This document shows positions 1-10,754 of a stretch of DNA of 64,000 nucleotides, in pieces. The stretch covers positions 32,001-96,000 of the IMG/VR virus record IMGVR_UViG_3300035034_002798. One strand, 5' to 3'. The stretch's first letter is position 1, and every line of letters begins with the position of its first letter. This DNA comes from a virus. Below the pieces are notes generated by a model that saw only the letters and a program-made list of their open reading frames with translations, was not told the origin of the DNA and made no database searches. The translations under genes and the position numbers were made by a program.

Positions 1-281
1 CCGCGTCTTTTATAATCTCCATACTCATCTATTAAGGTTTGCCCACATCTAGCACATATTCTTAACTTTAAATCGGGATCTCCTTCCTCATCAGTATGTT
101 TTTCTCGCCAATCTGGATCGATTTCATCATAATTATCTGCATTATCTATATACCATCTATCATTTTCTTTTACTATTTCTGGCATATCAACCTTCGGTAT
201 TTGCTTAACATCTCTCATATACTTTAAAATGAGTTCATTGCTTTCAACTTCTTCTGTTTCTTCTTGAGTTTCTAATTTCAT
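1..281 (-). CDS. Hypothetical acidic protein with CxxC motif, runs off window start
   Basis: ATG at 281 with GGAGGG SD; reads MKLETQEETEEV...RICARCGQ; open to window edge. Confidence 0.6.
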   Translation of the reverse strand, partial: MKLETQEETEEVESNELILKYMRDVKQIPKVDMPEIVKENDRWYIDNADNYDEIDPDWREKHTDEEGDPDLKLRICARCGQTLIDEYGDYKRR

Positions 282-295
282 TTTTTACCCCTCCA

Positions 296-2047
296 TTACA
301 TATTAGCTGCTTTTTTGGTCAACTCATCTAATACTCTATTTTGTTCACCGGTGTTTTCTATTATAGATTCTGAAAGTGTCCTCTTATTTTCAATAGTTTC
401 CATCATTCTTTCATCTATCATATTCTTACAAATGATATTGAACACATTAACAGTATCGTATTTACTTCCTAAACGCTGAATACGACCTACTCTCTGATCA
501 ATTGTGCTTGGATTCCAGGTAAGGTCATAATTTATTAATGCTTTAGAGAACTGAAGGTTCAAACCTTCCGCACCTGCGTCCGACATTACTATTACACCGC
601 AGAAAGGGTCATTCTCAAACTGAGTTACGGCCTCATCTCTCTGCTTTGAGCTTTTAGCTCCAAATAGTGTCGCACATCTTGTCATCTCAGATAATTCTCT
701 TTCTATTATCTTAACCATTCGCGCAAACTGACTGAAGATGATAACTTTGTAGTCCATTTCGATAAATTCTTTCACAATACGCTTAAGCTCAATTAATTTA
801 GGCGATTTAGTATCTGTTATTTCGTAATTATTTCTAACCGCCTCGCTGTGACTCATATTAAATAATTCAGGGCCATCAGAAGCTCCAATTGCTAAAGCAT
901 TTTTACCCTGCAGCGCTCCTTCAAGGGTGTCTATAGTTTCCTGAATTTCTGATCCTTTATTCTTTACCTTCTTAAGTTTCTTTAACCGTTCTGACAGGTC
1001 ATCTTGTTCTTCCTGTATTTGCTTATACAGCCTTTTCTGTAGTGGAGTGGGGTCAACATATACATTAGTCATAGGAGCGTCTGGAAGTTGTCCTTTAACA
1101 TCCTCAAGCTTTCTTCTAAGCATTAAAGGTGCGACTTTCTGGTTTAACTCCTCAAAGTTTATATACCCCTGTAATATCGGGTACCCTTGACTATAATCCT
1201 CTACTATATATTCCTTTTTAAATGTACTGTAGGGGCCAAAAAAGTCTTTATCTATAAACTCTATAATAGAATAAAGCTCATCTGGCTTATTTTGTACGGG
1301 TGTACCAGTTAAGGCAAATTTATACTTACTTTTTAGTTTCTTTATTTTCTTAGTTCTCTTTGATGACCTGGATTTTATATAGTGGGCCTCATCTAAAGTT
1401 ATTAAATCGGCTTTCAGCCCTTTTATTAAGTCGAAGTCATAATATAGAAGCGAATAGTTTAAGACAGTTATAAAAGAGTCTTTAGCTTTCTTATATAACT
1501 TTTTTCGCTGTGACTTAGTTCCGTCTATTACGGTTACTAAATCTTTATCTATATGCTCTTCCTCGAGGAACTTATGTGCCTCATTACCCCACTGCTTTTT
1601 GAGTGAGCTCGGGCAGACTACAAGCATTTTCTCTATCTCACCCCTGTTGTATAACTCTAAGGCGGCAAATAAGGCCTCTGGTGTCTTACCCAGCCCCATA
1701 TCATCAGCAAGTAAGGCATTCTTTTTTTCAACTAAAAATGAAATACCTACTTTTTGAAACGGATAAGGGTCAAGTTTTTTACCTTCTATATCTCCTACTA
1801 ATGTTAAGTCTTCGTGTGTTGGAAGATCAGGCTCAACTCCTTTGATTACATAAGGCGGAGTAAGCCAAGCCAAGCTCTCAGGGAACATATGCTCAAGCAA
1901 ATGAACCTGTTCGCGCGGGATAGACCAATATTTATCCTCGGGATTAAAAGATGCACCCGGGATAGACTTAATGAGGTCTATTTTCTCCCTGCTCCACTTA
2001 AAATTTAGTTTCAGTCTATTATTTGTTAGTAATTTAATTCCTATCAA
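296..2047 (-). CDS. SNF2/SWI2-family helicase with HARP-like N-terminus
   Basis: LLADDMGLGKT (motif I), LDEAH (II), LTGTP (III), AGAEGLNLQ (V), QRVGRIQR (VI). Confidence 0.93.
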   Translation of the reverse strand: MIGIKLLTNNRLKLNFKWSREKIDLIKSIPGASFNPEDKYWSIPREQVHLLEHMFPESLAWLTPPYVIKGVEPDLPTHEDLTLVGDIEGKKLDPYPFQKVGISFLVEKKNALLADDMGLGKTPEALFAALELYNRGEIEKMLVVCPSSLKKQWGNEAHKFLEEEHIDKDLVTVIDGTKSQRKKLYKKAKDSFITVLNYSLLYYDFDLIKGLKADLITLDEAHYIKSRSSKRTKKIKKLKSKYKFALTGTPVQNKPDELYSIIEFIDKDFFGPYSTFKKEYIVEDYSQGYPILQGYINFEELNQKVAPLMLRRKLEDVKGQLPDAPMTNVYVDPTPLQKRLYKQIQEEQDDLSERLKKLKKVKNKGSEIQETIDTLEGALQGKNALAIGASDGPELFNMSHSEAVRNNYEITDTKSPKLIELKRIVKEFIEMDYKVIIFSQFARMVKIIERELSEMTRCATLFGAKSSKQRDEAVTQFENDPFCGVIVMSDAGAEGLNLQFSKALINYDLTWNPSTIDQRVGRIQRLGSKYDTVNVFNIICKNMIDERMMETIENKRTLSESIIENTGEQNRVLDELTKKAANM

Positions 2048-2130
2048 GTTAAGATATCACCTCTTCTTTTTTATTTCTGGAAAGACAAACTATAATATCG
2101 TCAATGTCAAACTGTCTCATATACACCTCC

Positions 2131-2337
2131 TTATAAATCGGCTGGTTTTCCTATGCCTTCGTAGTTATAGTTACCCTTCATAACCTCTTCTAACTCTTTT
2201 CGGCGGGCCTTGTCATAATCTGGGTGATTCTTTTCTACTTCTTTACAGCCCATACATATAAGTTCTTTATTAAACATACTCATTGTATGAGCTGTTATTT
2301 CTTTGCCACACCTTTGACAATTTTCTACTATATCCAT
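2131..2337 (-). CDS. Small Zn-finger protein
   Basis: CQRC...CMGC, SD present. Confidence 0.7.
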   Translation of the reverse strand: MDIVENCQRCGKEITAHTMSMFNKELICMGCKEVEKNHPDYDKARRKELEEVMKGNYNYEGIGKPADL

Positions 2338-2408
2338 TTACATATCCTCCTCGTACCACTCGAATTCTTCAACTTGTTATCACAATAATTTGGCATTTTA
2401 TCAGCTCC

Positions 2409-3017
2409 CTATTCTCTAAAGTGTGGTTTAATACATATATATCCTTCTGGCGGTTTTTCGGTAGTTACGTGAACACGAGATCCAGCCCAAGAACTAATGA
2501 AATACTCATCTGTTGCATTGCGAGACCTATAGTCTCCGCTACCAAGACCAATCCCTACTCCATTTAGTATTGGTAATGGATGGACTTTCCAACGTTCTCC
2601 ATTAGATTCAATTAAGTTTTTATCAATATATTCCCTGTCAGTAACATTAACTATATAACGATGTTCTTTTGAAGTTTCATCGTTGAACCAACCCTTATTA
2701 AAATCTGGATGTGTATAAAACTCAGAAGCTATCAAATAAGGTGGTTTATCCTCCATACTTTGAAATTCACTTTCAGTAAATAACGGTTCTCCCATACAAT
2801 TTTCTATGATATTTTCGTATTCTGGTGGCAACTCGTAGTAATCACCAAACCAGATAACTCTATCATTCTTCCAGGATTTCTCATACTTTCCCGATAAAAG
2901 AGACTCGACTTTATTCATAGTCCTGTTGTAGATATAGGCATGCTCCATCAACTTAACTCCATTCGGCCTCACAAATTCTTTTCTATCAATATTTACTATA
3001 AGATAATACTGTCCCAT
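2409..3017 (-). CDS. Phage hypothetical protein
   Basis: 202-aa ORF, AGGAGG SD. Confidence 0.8.
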   Translation of the reverse strand: MGQYYLIVNIDRKEFVRPNGVKLMEHAYIYNRTMNKVESLLSGKYEKSWKNDRVIWFGDYYELPPEYENIIENCMGEPLFTESEFQSMEDKPPYLIASEFYTHPDFNKGWFNDETSKEHRYIVNVTDREYIDKNLIESNGERWKVHPLPILNGVGIGLGSGDYRSRNATDEYFISSWAGSRVHVTTEKPPEGYICIKPHFRE

Positions 3018-3029
3018 AATCTTCCTCCT

Positions 3030-3338
3030 TTAATTTAAATAACAGGCTAAAAATTTAGCTGCATTCTTAAGACTAGCCTCATCTGCCTCATTAAAAGTTG
3101 CATATTCTAAAACATCTCCATTCTCGTGATAATATGCTATTGTCTGATGATCTTCTGGTGAATCTAAGGTAAAATCTTCTAATATTCTATATCCATAATA
3201 ATCACTGAATTCGCCATAAGATTGAGTTTCAACAAGCCATAGTTTATCTTTATTAGCTTCAAGTTCTTCTAACCTATCTATCATCTGATTATGGAGTCTA
3301 TGCATTTTAAGCTCCCTTCTTGTCTTTAAAATTTCCAA
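3030..3338 (-). CDS. Hypothetical protein
   Basis: ORF in co-directional cluster; true start may be ATG at 3305. Confidence 0.65.
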   Translation of the reverse strand: MEILKTRRELKMHRLHNQMIDRLEELEANKDKLWLVETQSYGEFSDYYGYRILEDFTLDSPEDHQTIAYYHENGDVLEYATFNEADEASLKNAAKFLACYLN

Positions 3339-3534
3339 AAAGACTCAACTGTACTGGATCATCTTCATAGAAGTGTTCATCTATACTCTCATCTATAATT
3401 TCGTGATAACCAAGCTCCTCAAGTCTGCCGTTAACAAGTGAAGTCAATTCGTTAATGTCATCCTTAGTAGGGATTAACCCCTTATTAAGGCACATTTCAC
3501 TAATATCAAGTTTTATCATCTTCATAAATAACAA
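3307..3534 (-). CDS. Hypothetical protein
   Basis: Acidic ORF in operon. Confidence 0.6.
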   Translation of the reverse strand: MLFMKMIKLDISEMCLNKGLIPTKDDINELTSLVNGRLEELGYHEIIDESIDEHFYEDDPVQLSLFGNFKDKKGA

Positions 3535-3551
3535 CCCCTTTTTAGACTTTT

Positions 3552-3755
3552 TTATCTATGGTATCCTTCCTGTTTAAGATAAGCTATCAACTCGTCTTTT
3601 TCTTCAAATATAAGCATATTAATCTCTGGTCCAACCTCAACTCCAATATATTTGTTGTCAATTTCCCAAATAATGATTGTGTGCCCTAAAGCCCTGCTTT
3701 TAAATAAGAAATTCTTATCCTTGTAAAAATCCTTATCAAAATCTATAGAAATCAA
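3552..3755 (-). CDS. Hypothetical protein
   Basis: Overlaps stop of upstream ORF; SD present. Confidence 0.6.
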   Translation of the reverse strand: MISIDFDKDFYKDKNFLFKSRALGHTIIIWEIDNKYIGVEVGPEINMLIFEEKDELIAYLKQEGYHR

Positions 3756-4033
3756 ATAGCTTCCTCCTTTCTTTTTTCATTTCTCTCTTTCCGTATCTCC
3801 TCAACAGTCTTATCTGGATATTTATTAGATATCTTATCCAGAACATTCTCAAGGTACTCTACATCGCGCTCCATAGACTTAACTGTTTCATCTATTTCAC
3901 ACCATTCGTCAAATTCGAGTAAACCAAGGCCAGACGCAAATGATAGCCCCTCATTAAAAGAGTTAAGTTTTTCTGTAATTTCACCTAACTCTTCTTTGAA
4001 CTGTCTTGATATTTCTACTGGACCTGCAGCCAT
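3752..4033 (-). CDS. Hypothetical coiled-coil protein
   Basis: AAGGAGGT SD. Confidence 0.7.
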   Translation of the reverse strand: MAAGPVEISRQFKEELGEITEKLNSFNEGLSFASGLGLLEFDEWCEIDETVKSMERDVEYLENVLDKISNKYPDKTVEEIRKERNEKRKEEAI

Positions 4034-4079
4034 ATTGTTACCTCCTTATAATAAAATTAATTGGAACAATTTATATAAC

Positions 4080-4134
4080 CCACACGATTAAGGGGCGTCA
4101 AGTGGTTTTCTTGACGTCCCGCGATGAAGTGTGG
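4080..4134. repeat. Conserved intergenic hairpin element, copy 1 (GTCAA-N9-TTGAC)
   Basis: ccacac...ggggcGTCAAgtggttttcTTGACgtccc...gtgtgg. Confidence 0.85.
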
Positions 4135-4140
4135 TAGAAC

Positions 4141-4962
4141 TTATTCTAAAAAAGGTAATGCTTGTTCACCATATAATAGAGCATTCTTAACACGCTCATT
4201 TATAATCTCTTCCGCCATATCAACAATAACGCCTCTTATGCTTGTATATTCACCTATAAGAAGCTCGTTACATCTTAAAAGAGAAGGATCTTCTAACTCG
4301 TTTTCCTTGATGACCTGATAAAGATTTTCGTGAGTTATGGCATTCTGTGCCTCATTCCAGGAGGCATCTCTAACAGCATCTTCATCTTTTGCAAGATCAC
4401 CATCTTCTAAGTCTTCTCTTATGATGTTGACAACCTTATCAACAAGCTGGTTTGTCAGATTCTTATACTTATCAATACCTGTTATAACCCATTCAAAGTC
4501 TTCTCTTATGGATATTTCAATCTTGGCATTGCCGGCATAAACTATATACATATCTTTTTCTACTGACTCTATGCTTACTGATGTTATCTCTTCAAGATCA
4601 GCTGTTAACTGCTCGTTATCTACAACATCACCATCTTTATAGTTATCAACCACATAATCAAAAATACTTTCATGAAACTTAACATCGTCTGATACTAAGA
4701 TATCATCACTCCCTTTCGTTTTCTCTATCTCTTCAATCATCGTCCCACTTCCTTCTTCAGAAGATATAAGCAGTGCAACATTAGCAAATTTCATAGAATA
4801 AGTAGTTTTAATTGCAGTACTTAATATAACGTTGGTCTCTATCTCAAGGCCTGAACGTTCAAGTTTGTTCTTAAGCTCGAAATCATTTATATAATCACCA
4901 ACACTGTATTCGGAATCAATATAGTCGTACACATCATCATAAAGTTTTTCATCTTTTTCCAT
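4141..4962 (-). CDS. Highly acidic hypothetical protein
   Basis: 273-aa ORF with SD. Confidence 0.75.
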   Translation of the reverse strand: MEKDEKLYDDVYDYIDSEYSVGDYINDFELKNKLERSGLEIETNVILSTAIKTTYSMKFANVALLISSEEGSGTMIEEIEKTKGSDDILVSDDVKFHESIFDYVVDNYKDGDVVDNEQLTADLEEITSVSIESVEKDMYIVYAGNAKIEISIREDFEWVITGIDKYKNLTNQLVDKVVNIIREDLEDGDLAKDEDAVRDASWNEAQNAITHENLYQVIKENELEDPSLLRCNELLIGEYTSIRGVIVDMAEEIINERVKNALLYGEQALPFLE

Positions 4963-5336
4963 TATTTCTCCTCCTCTGCTGGGGTCATATACCCCTCTTT
5001 AAGTAAAATCTGACCTCGTTCTACTCCTTCAACCTCTCGCCCCGAAGGTCCACTGTCCATCCAACTTAATAGAATACTTACAGTATCCTTCTTTTTGGGA
5101 TAGGCGCTACAGATATTATCTATTAATTCTTCTAATTCTTTATCATCCATCACTATTTTTCTAGGATCAACATCCACCTTACCTTCTGGATAGTCATTAT
5201 CTTCTCTATAAAACTTAAGTATCTTATTAAAAAGAGAAATTAATACTTTAGCACTAAAATCTCTTGGATCTTCTGTAATTTCTATCCCTTCGGATAATTC
5301 TTCGAAACTATAACTTTGAATAGACTTATCAACCAT
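4962..5336 (-). CDS. Hypothetical protein
   Basis: 124-aa ORF, AAGGAGGT SD. Confidence 0.7.
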   Translation of the reverse strand: MVDKSIQSYSFEELSEGIEITEDPRDFSAKVLISLFNKILKFYREDNDYPEGKVDVDPRKIVMDDKELEELIDNICSAYPKKKDTVSILLSWMDSGPSGREVEGVERGQILLKEGYMTPAEEEK

Positions 5337-5347
5337 AAGATACCTCC

Positions 5348-5539
5348 TTATATGTCCTTTAATTCTAAAAATCTAATTATAACTGCTCTCTGGTACTTAT
5401 CGATAACACCTTTACTGACTAAGGACTGGAGTTCTTCTCTACATTGATATTTACTTACTGGTTCTGCAAAGTATGAACCATAATGATAACCGACAAACAT
5501 ACAGAGAGCGCCAAAGGCAATGAAAAATAATACGATCAT
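5348..5539 (-). CDS. Small membrane protein
   Basis: N-terminal hydrophobic segment. Confidence 0.6.
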   Translation of the reverse strand: MIVLFFIAFGALCMFVGYHYGSYFAEPVSKYQCREELQSLVSKGVIDKYQRAVIIRFLELKDI

Positions 5540-5550
5540 AATAACACTCC

Positions 5551-6465
5551 CTAACTTGCTTTCTTGCTGTTGATTGCCTTATAGGTTGTGTACTTAGACT
5601 TACCGATTTTGTATCCCTTTTCTCTTAAGTCGCCTTTATTACCATATTTACTGTTTCTTTTATAATATGTTTCATATTCTAGTTTATCTTCATTTAATTC
5701 CCACCAGCCTTTGATAATGTTAATAGCTTTAGGGGAATAATAAGTCATTTGACCTATGTTGTCGCCACCAAATACTATCTTTACATATTCATCTTCATAG
5801 GGTGCCGACTCATCGCTTCTAATTCCTATATGCTTGGTAACTTTACCGATAAGTGCTGAGTGCAGTCTGTCATTTGATGATGTTAAGTTTAACTTTAAAG
5901 CTATCTTAGCAGCATTCAGATAACCTTCTGGTACTTTTTTAGAGGTAATATCATCAACTTTATTATTGATATCTGCTATCTGTTTTTGCTGACGCTGTTG
6001 TTCCTTTTTTATTTCCATCTGTCTTTTTATATTATTTTCCATATTATCCAAGACATCTCTCATTAGATCTATTCTTGCCAGCCCAGAATTTCTTATGCTT
6101 ACAAAACCAGTTCTTCTCAATTCTTTGATCACATTTCTCACGAATCGCCTAAATTCCTTGGCCTTTGGTTGACTTGAATTAATAGTTACCTCAATTACTC
6201 CATCCTCAGTGAAGACCCTGGTATCTTGGGTGCCTCCACTAGGGGTAGTCAAAGCGACTACCCCTGAATATTCTTCTTTTTTTAAATAAGGATTTCTTTT
6301 TAATATCTTACTTATTGACTGAACCGGGTTTGCATATTCTAAAACCTCACCTAACTGTTTTGTTGTCATAAAAATATCATCTGAATTATCATTTTTATAG
6401 AAATCACACTCTATACCGGCAAACTTTTCTTCGCGTACCTTCTGTAAATCTATAACTTCTCCCAT
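5551..6465 (-). CDS. Bro-N domain antirepressor-like DNA-binding protein
   Basis: LTTPSGGTQDTRVFTEDGV...SSQPKAKEFRRFV...IKELRRTG, typical Bro-N. Confidence 0.85.
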   Translation of the reverse strand: MGEVIDLQKVREEKFAGIECDFYKNDNSDDIFMTTKQLGEVLEYANPVQSISKILKRNPYLKKEEYSGVVALTTPSGGTQDTRVFTEDGVIEVTINSSQPKAKEFRRFVRNVIKELRRTGFVSIRNSGLARIDLMRDVLDNMENNIKRQMEIKKEQQRQQKQIADINNKVDDITSKKVPEGYLNAAKIALKLNLTSSNDRLHSALIGKVTKHIGIRSDESAPYEDEYVKIVFGGDNIGQMTYYSPKAINIIKGWWELNEDKLEYETYYKRNSKYGNKGDLREKGYKIGKSKYTTYKAINSKKAS

Positions 6466-6592
6466 TTATAATTCCTCCTCAGTATTTTCCGACCAACAGA
6501 TACAATTGCTATTAGATTTAGTACTCATCAAACCGCTCCAGCACCATTCATCAATCTTTCTATCTAGATTGGCACCAAAGGAATCACAGTTT

Positions 6593-6826
6593 TTACATAT
6601 TCTCTTCGTTTTCATCATCTTGATCATCCTCACTCCTGGCTTCTGCTTTGCCGAGTTCATACATCTTTTCTAAAAGTTCCATTGATTTATCATATATATC
6701 AGAATAGGCTAAATAGTCTATATCACCTACGGAATTAAGTCCGTGCAGGTAATAATCTCCCATATCTGCTTTAATCTTTTCATTTTCTGGTGCCTTACTG
6801 CTTATTCCCAGCCTCCCATAATACAC
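6593..6826 (-). CDS. Hypothetical protein
   Basis: GGAGGTG SD. Confidence 0.6.
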   Translation of the reverse strand: MYYGRLGISSKAPENEKIKADMGDYYLHGLNSVGDIDYLAYSDIYDKSMELLEKMYELGKAEARSEDDQDDENEENM

Positions 6827-6831
6827 ACCTC

Positions 6832-7110
6832 CTATTTGTCGTTATCTCCAAAATATTCAAGAATATTAAGCGGCGGATAAGATGGTAAAGGATTGTCAGT
6901 TAAAACTTTATTAGTGTCAGGATCGAATTCATATATTCTACGACACTTATTATTAGTACACTGAGCATAAATCTGAATTGTCCTACCTACATACTTTCTA
7001 CGACGCGGTGTCTCCTCTGGTTCACCATTATTTTTTACATCAAATTCAAGCATCTCATCAATGTGTTCATATACTCTCAAGTCTGAACAACATACAGGAC
7101 ATTCCAACAT
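6832..7110 (-). CDS. Zn-ribbon protein
   Basis: CPVC...CTNNKC. Confidence 0.7.
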   Translation of the reverse strand: MLECPVCCSDLRVYEHIDEMLEFDVKNNGEPEETPRRRKYVGRTIQIYAQCTNNKCRRIYEFDPDTNKVLTDNPLPSYPPLNILEYFGDNDK

Positions 7111-7114
7111 ATTA

Positions 7115-7373
7115 TTACCCCCTTATAGACATACTGCCCGTTATTCTAACGAGTTCTTCTTCTGAAATGTGATCTACCATACTAACAAAGTCTTTCATAT
7201 TGGCCATTACTGGGTAAAACTTTTCTTCTCCAGTGCTTTCTTTTTTTTGCCTTAACGCATAATTCTCCATCAATAGACATATATAGAACTGTTCCGTTCA
7301 ACTCGACACTGTTTTTTAGCTGTCTCCTACTTAAATATTTAAAAACGATACTAGCTTTTTGAAGTTTAGTCAC
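7115..7373 (-). pseudogene. Hypothetical gene with apparent frameshift in an A8 run
   Basis: Removing one base at 7241-7248 extends the ORF to a stop at 7115, just before the next gene. Confidence 0.55.
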
Positions 7374-7606
7374 TTCTGCCTCCTAATTTAATCGTTGTAA
7401 GTAATCATTACAGTATGTTCTGTCCCCTCATAAGGGATCAGATACGATTGATACTGAATATCTAAATAGTCGTGAGTTGTTAGAAATTCTCCAACCTCTT
7501 CTTCGAATTCCTTAATTGGCCTACTTCCTCGTTCTATAATTTTTATTCTTTTCATCTACACCCCTCCTTAAATAAGAAAACCATCTCGATATGAGATGGC
7601 TATAAA

Positions 7607-7954
7607 TTATGCAGCTTCCTCAACTACAGTATCTTCTTCTGGTTTTTCTTCTGTCTCCTCGACCTCTTCTGTCTCCTCGACCTCTTCTAGTTCCTCAATC
7701 TCATTCACATATTCCTGCTCTCGACCAATTTCTTTTTTCCTTTTGATCATACCAAGAATGGTATCTTTAGTTACTGTCTTTTCAATCTCGATTCTTTCGA
7801 ATTCAAAGATGCTTTTTACCGAGATGGTATCTTTAATTTCATCTTCTTTAATCTTAAACTTTTCGATAAAATTATCTTTGGCCTCATCTTTATCAACTCC
7901 GTAAATTGAAGACTTATATCCTGGTTTGCTGCATTTAACGTTATATTTTGGCAT
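7607..7954 (-). CDS. Hypothetical protein with Glu-rich tail
   Basis: SD present; EEVEET repeats. Confidence 0.7.
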   Translation of the reverse strand: MPKYNVKCSKPGYKSSIYGVDKDEAKDNFIEKFKIKEDEIKDTISVKSIFEFERIEIEKTVTKDTILGMIKRKKEIGREQEYVNEIEELEEVEETEEVEETEEKPEEDTVVEEAA

Positions 7955-7964
7955 AAACTCACTC

Positions 7965-9245
7965 CTAACCTTTAATGACTGCTCTAGTTTTCATCTTATC
8001 TATTGGTTTTATTAAATCACTTTGCTGATCTATTACATTATGGATATCTTTATAAGCTCCCTTATATTCTTCAGTGATATCCTGTTTATTTTCTTTACCC
8101 AGGACTATGTTGTTAGCCTTGAGGTCTTCAATAACCTCTTGAACAGTGAATTCTTCTCGGGCTGCTGTTCTGGTATGTGTTCTACCTGCTCCGTGACTAC
8201 AGCTTTTAAAAGAGTCTTCATTGCCTAATCCCTCACAAATATAACTATAAGTACTCATTGAACCGGGTATAGGGATTATTTCTCCTTTTCTAGCTCTTAC
8301 CGCACCTTTACGGTGCACCATATAATTCTTTCTATCTATATTTTCATACGCTGCATAATTGTGATGGACATTCACATCAGTTTCAACATCATATCCATCA
8401 AAATCAGTATATTTAGTAATAGATTTTAATAATTTCTTTTCTGCTAACTTCATTATTTCTTCTCTATTAATCTCTGCAATTTCAAGAGCGAAGTTCATCC
8501 ATTTTAAGTAATCCTGACCTTCTTCAGAGTATAAAGGTAAAAAGGGTAGATTAACATTATCTGATAAAACATCAACATACCACTTCTTATTAAGTTTTTT
8601 AGCAAGATTACTAAAGTGCTTGTTTACCTTAGCTCCCACATTGCGGCTGCCGGTGTGAAGCATTATCCCAAGTTTTCCGTCTTTATTTTCTTGCAATTCC
8701 AGAAAATGGTTGCCGCCCCCAAGAGTTCCAACAACTTCAAAAGATTCTTTAACTGCATCTTCTAGGGGTGTGTTTTCTATTGCACCCGGGCCACCATCAA
8801 AGTCGTGAATTGCATTAAGTATTCTCATATTATCTTTATTTAACTCTGGATCTTTATGTTCAAACCCTGTAGGAAGGTCACGCATAATAGAACCTACAAG
8901 TTGTTGAGCAAGACTGCCAGAACCGGTCTTAACATCTAAGACTTCTATAGGTAGATTGGTTTGCTTAAAAGCAACGCCGCAGCCTATGTCACTAGACACA
9001 GCGGCAGGTATAATCACATCTTCAGTAGCAATAACACCACCAACAGGCATCTTAAAGCCGGTAGCGTGACAATCTGCCATTAATGCTATATGAGATTTAG
9101 CAAATGGTAAATCAGCTATAGCAAATGCTTCTTCCAGAGTAGTATCTTCTATCTGCATACTTCTTTCAAGCCAGACTTTTATGTCGACTCCTCTTTCATT
9201 TCTTATATTAAACATTCTAGGCGCTCCTCTCTTGTGTTCCTGCAA
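7965..9245 (-). CDS. rtcB: RtcB RNA ligase (3'-phosphate/5'-OH)
   Basis: SDIGCG, GTLGGGNHFLE, LHTGSR, VHHNYA, HRKGA, SCSHGAGR, AYKDI; start may be ATG at 9215. Confidence 0.95.
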   Translation of the reverse strand: MQEHKRGAPRMFNIRNERGVDIKVWLERSMQIEDTTLEEAFAIADLPFAKSHIALMADCHATGFKMPVGGVIATEDVIIPAAVSSDIGCGVAFKQTNLPIEVLDVKTGSGSLAQQLVGSIMRDLPTGFEHKDPELNKDNMRILNAIHDFDGGPGAIENTPLEDAVKESFEVVGTLGGGNHFLELQENKDGKLGIMLHTGSRNVGAKVNKHFSNLAKKLNKKWYVDVLSDNVNLPFLPLYSEEGQDYLKWMNFALEIAEINREEIMKLAEKKLLKSITKYTDFDGYDVETDVNVHHNYAAYENIDRKNYMVHRKGAVRARKGEIIPIPGSMSTYSYICEGLGNEDSFKSCSHGAGRTHTRTAAREEFTVQEVIEDLKANNIVLGKENKQDITEEYKGAYKDIHNVIDQQSDLIKPIDKMKTRAVIKG

Positions 9246-9705
9246 ATTCTTCGCGTGCCTGAAGATGAATTCTTAAATCCATCAGGTGCTTACCGAGATG
9301 ATTCTTACCCTCTTTATCGGTATTGGTGGCATTACCCCAATAGTCATCTCCCCAAAAATTAGTTTCTTCTAGATAAGCATCTCCAGTATCTAAAAGTCTT
9401 TGTGTGAGCTCGGGGTTTTGAGTAAATTTCTCGTAAAGCCCCTTCTTCATAACATCATGCTTTAAACCATCATCCCAGTCATCTCTTAATTTTACCTGTC
9501 TACCAATTTTTTTAGCTTCTCCAGGGCTGTCAAGATTTGAGATATACTTTCTTTTATTTAAGTCAAGAGTTTTCATTGCCTGGAAGAAATGTTCGTTTGT
9601 GGGGTAATAGATACCTCTAAACTCAAAACCGTATTCACTAAAATTGCTTAAAAAATTATATGGGCCCTCAAAACCTTCTACTTTAATATCACTAATATGA
9701 ATCAC
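9217..9705 (-). CDS. NADAR (YbiA/DarG1-like) family protein
   Basis: FLSNF, YPTNEHFFQAMK, KFTQN, LLDTG, DDYWG, GKNHLGKHLM. Confidence 0.93.
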   Translation of the reverse strand: MIHISDIKVEGFEGPYNFLSNFSEYGFEFRGIYYPTNEHFFQAMKTLDLNKRKYISNLDSPGEAKKIGRQVKLRDDWDDGLKHDVMKKGLYEKFTQNPELTQRLLDTGDAYLEETNFWGDDYWGNATNTDKEGKNHLGKHLMDLRIHLQAREEFAGTQERSA

Positions 9706-9708
9706 TCC

Positions 9709-10137
9709 TTAGAATGGTACTTTTACTTCTCTAAATAAATGGTTTTCTTTCTGCCTTTCTACAAATTTATCTATTTTTCTCATAGTTAGGTGTTCCATTT
9801 CTCGCGGGGACAATCGACTTGTGAATTTACATTCTGGATAGTTAGTACAACCCCAAAATCTCTGGTCATCTCTTTTATTGATTTTAGGTACTAGTTCACC
9901 ATCCTCACAACTTGGGCAGGTGTGATCGGTAAATACTTTTAAGTTGTAAAATGTTATAATATAGTCTTTTATTAGTTCCTGTCTTTTATCAACCATATTT
10001 ATACCAGAGTCTAGAACCACTTCTGCACCGCACTTGGGACAACGTGGTATATAATCTTCTTCTGAAGTCCCTATCCAAAACTTTTCCTCACAAGAAGGGC
10101 AATCATATTCATAAACGACCTGTTTATCTGATTTCAT
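9709..10137 (-). CDS. Protein with Zn ribbon and topoisomerase C4-type Zn finger
   Basis: CPSC...CPKC; CPSC...FWGCTNYPECKFT. Confidence 0.8.
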   Translation of the reverse strand: MKSDKQVVYEYDCPSCEEKFWIGTSEEDYIPRCPKCGAEVVLDSGINMVDKRQELIKDYIITFYNLKVFTDHTCPSCEDGELVPKINKRDDQRFWGCTNYPECKFTSRLSPREMEHLTMRKIDKFVERQKENHLFREVKVPF

Positions 10138-10247
10138 ATAGGCCCTCCTTTTCTGTAATTCAATAATGTAATATCAGTATATCATTTAGTAATACAAAAA
10201 TCAAATGCTAAAATAAGGGGGCGGGAAGCCCCCAGTATTAGAGTTTA

Positions 10248-10712
10248 TTAAAAAGGTACATCCTTGTCATTACCATTGTTATAGTTTTGAGCCTGGCTGG
10301 CGTTCTGTCTCTGGTTAGGTGCAACCTGTTGCTGATTTCTGTATTGCTGTTGCTGGCCATTGTTCTGCTGATACTGATTGTTCTGGTTGTTACCGTTATT
10401 CTTATTAGGTGAATCTAAAAACTTCACGTTATCAGCCACAAACTCGTGACCGTATTCTTTCTCGCCATTCTTTTCAGTTACATAAGAACGATAACTACAC
10501 TCTACGGCAACTAAACGGCCTTTGCTGAGGTGTTTTGCACAAATCTCTCCAAGACCGTTCCAAGCTGAGATAGGAGGATAGTCAACAGGTCTGTCACCAT
10601 TATCGTCGCTGTAATTTCTTTCAACAGCCAAAGTCATCAAGGTCTTATTGCGTCCGTTTACAGTAAATACGTTAGGGTCCCTTACTAATCTTCCCACAAA
10701 TGTTGTACTCAT
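10248..10712 (-). CDS. ssb: Single-stranded DNA-binding protein
   Basis: VGRLVRDP, LAVER, LSKGRLVAV, VADNVKFLD; Q/N-rich linker and DVPF tail. Confidence 0.95.
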   Translation of the reverse strand: MSTTFVGRLVRDPNVFTVNGRNKTLMTLAVERNYSDDNGDRPVDYPPISAWNGLGEICAKHLSKGRLVAVECSYRSYVTEKNGEKEYGHEFVADNVKFLDSPNKNNGNNQNNQYQQNNGQQQQYRNQQQVAPNQRQNASQAQNYNNGNDKDVPF

Positions 10713-10754
10713 AAAATTCCACTCTCCTTAAAGTTTTTTAGTTTAATGTTATGC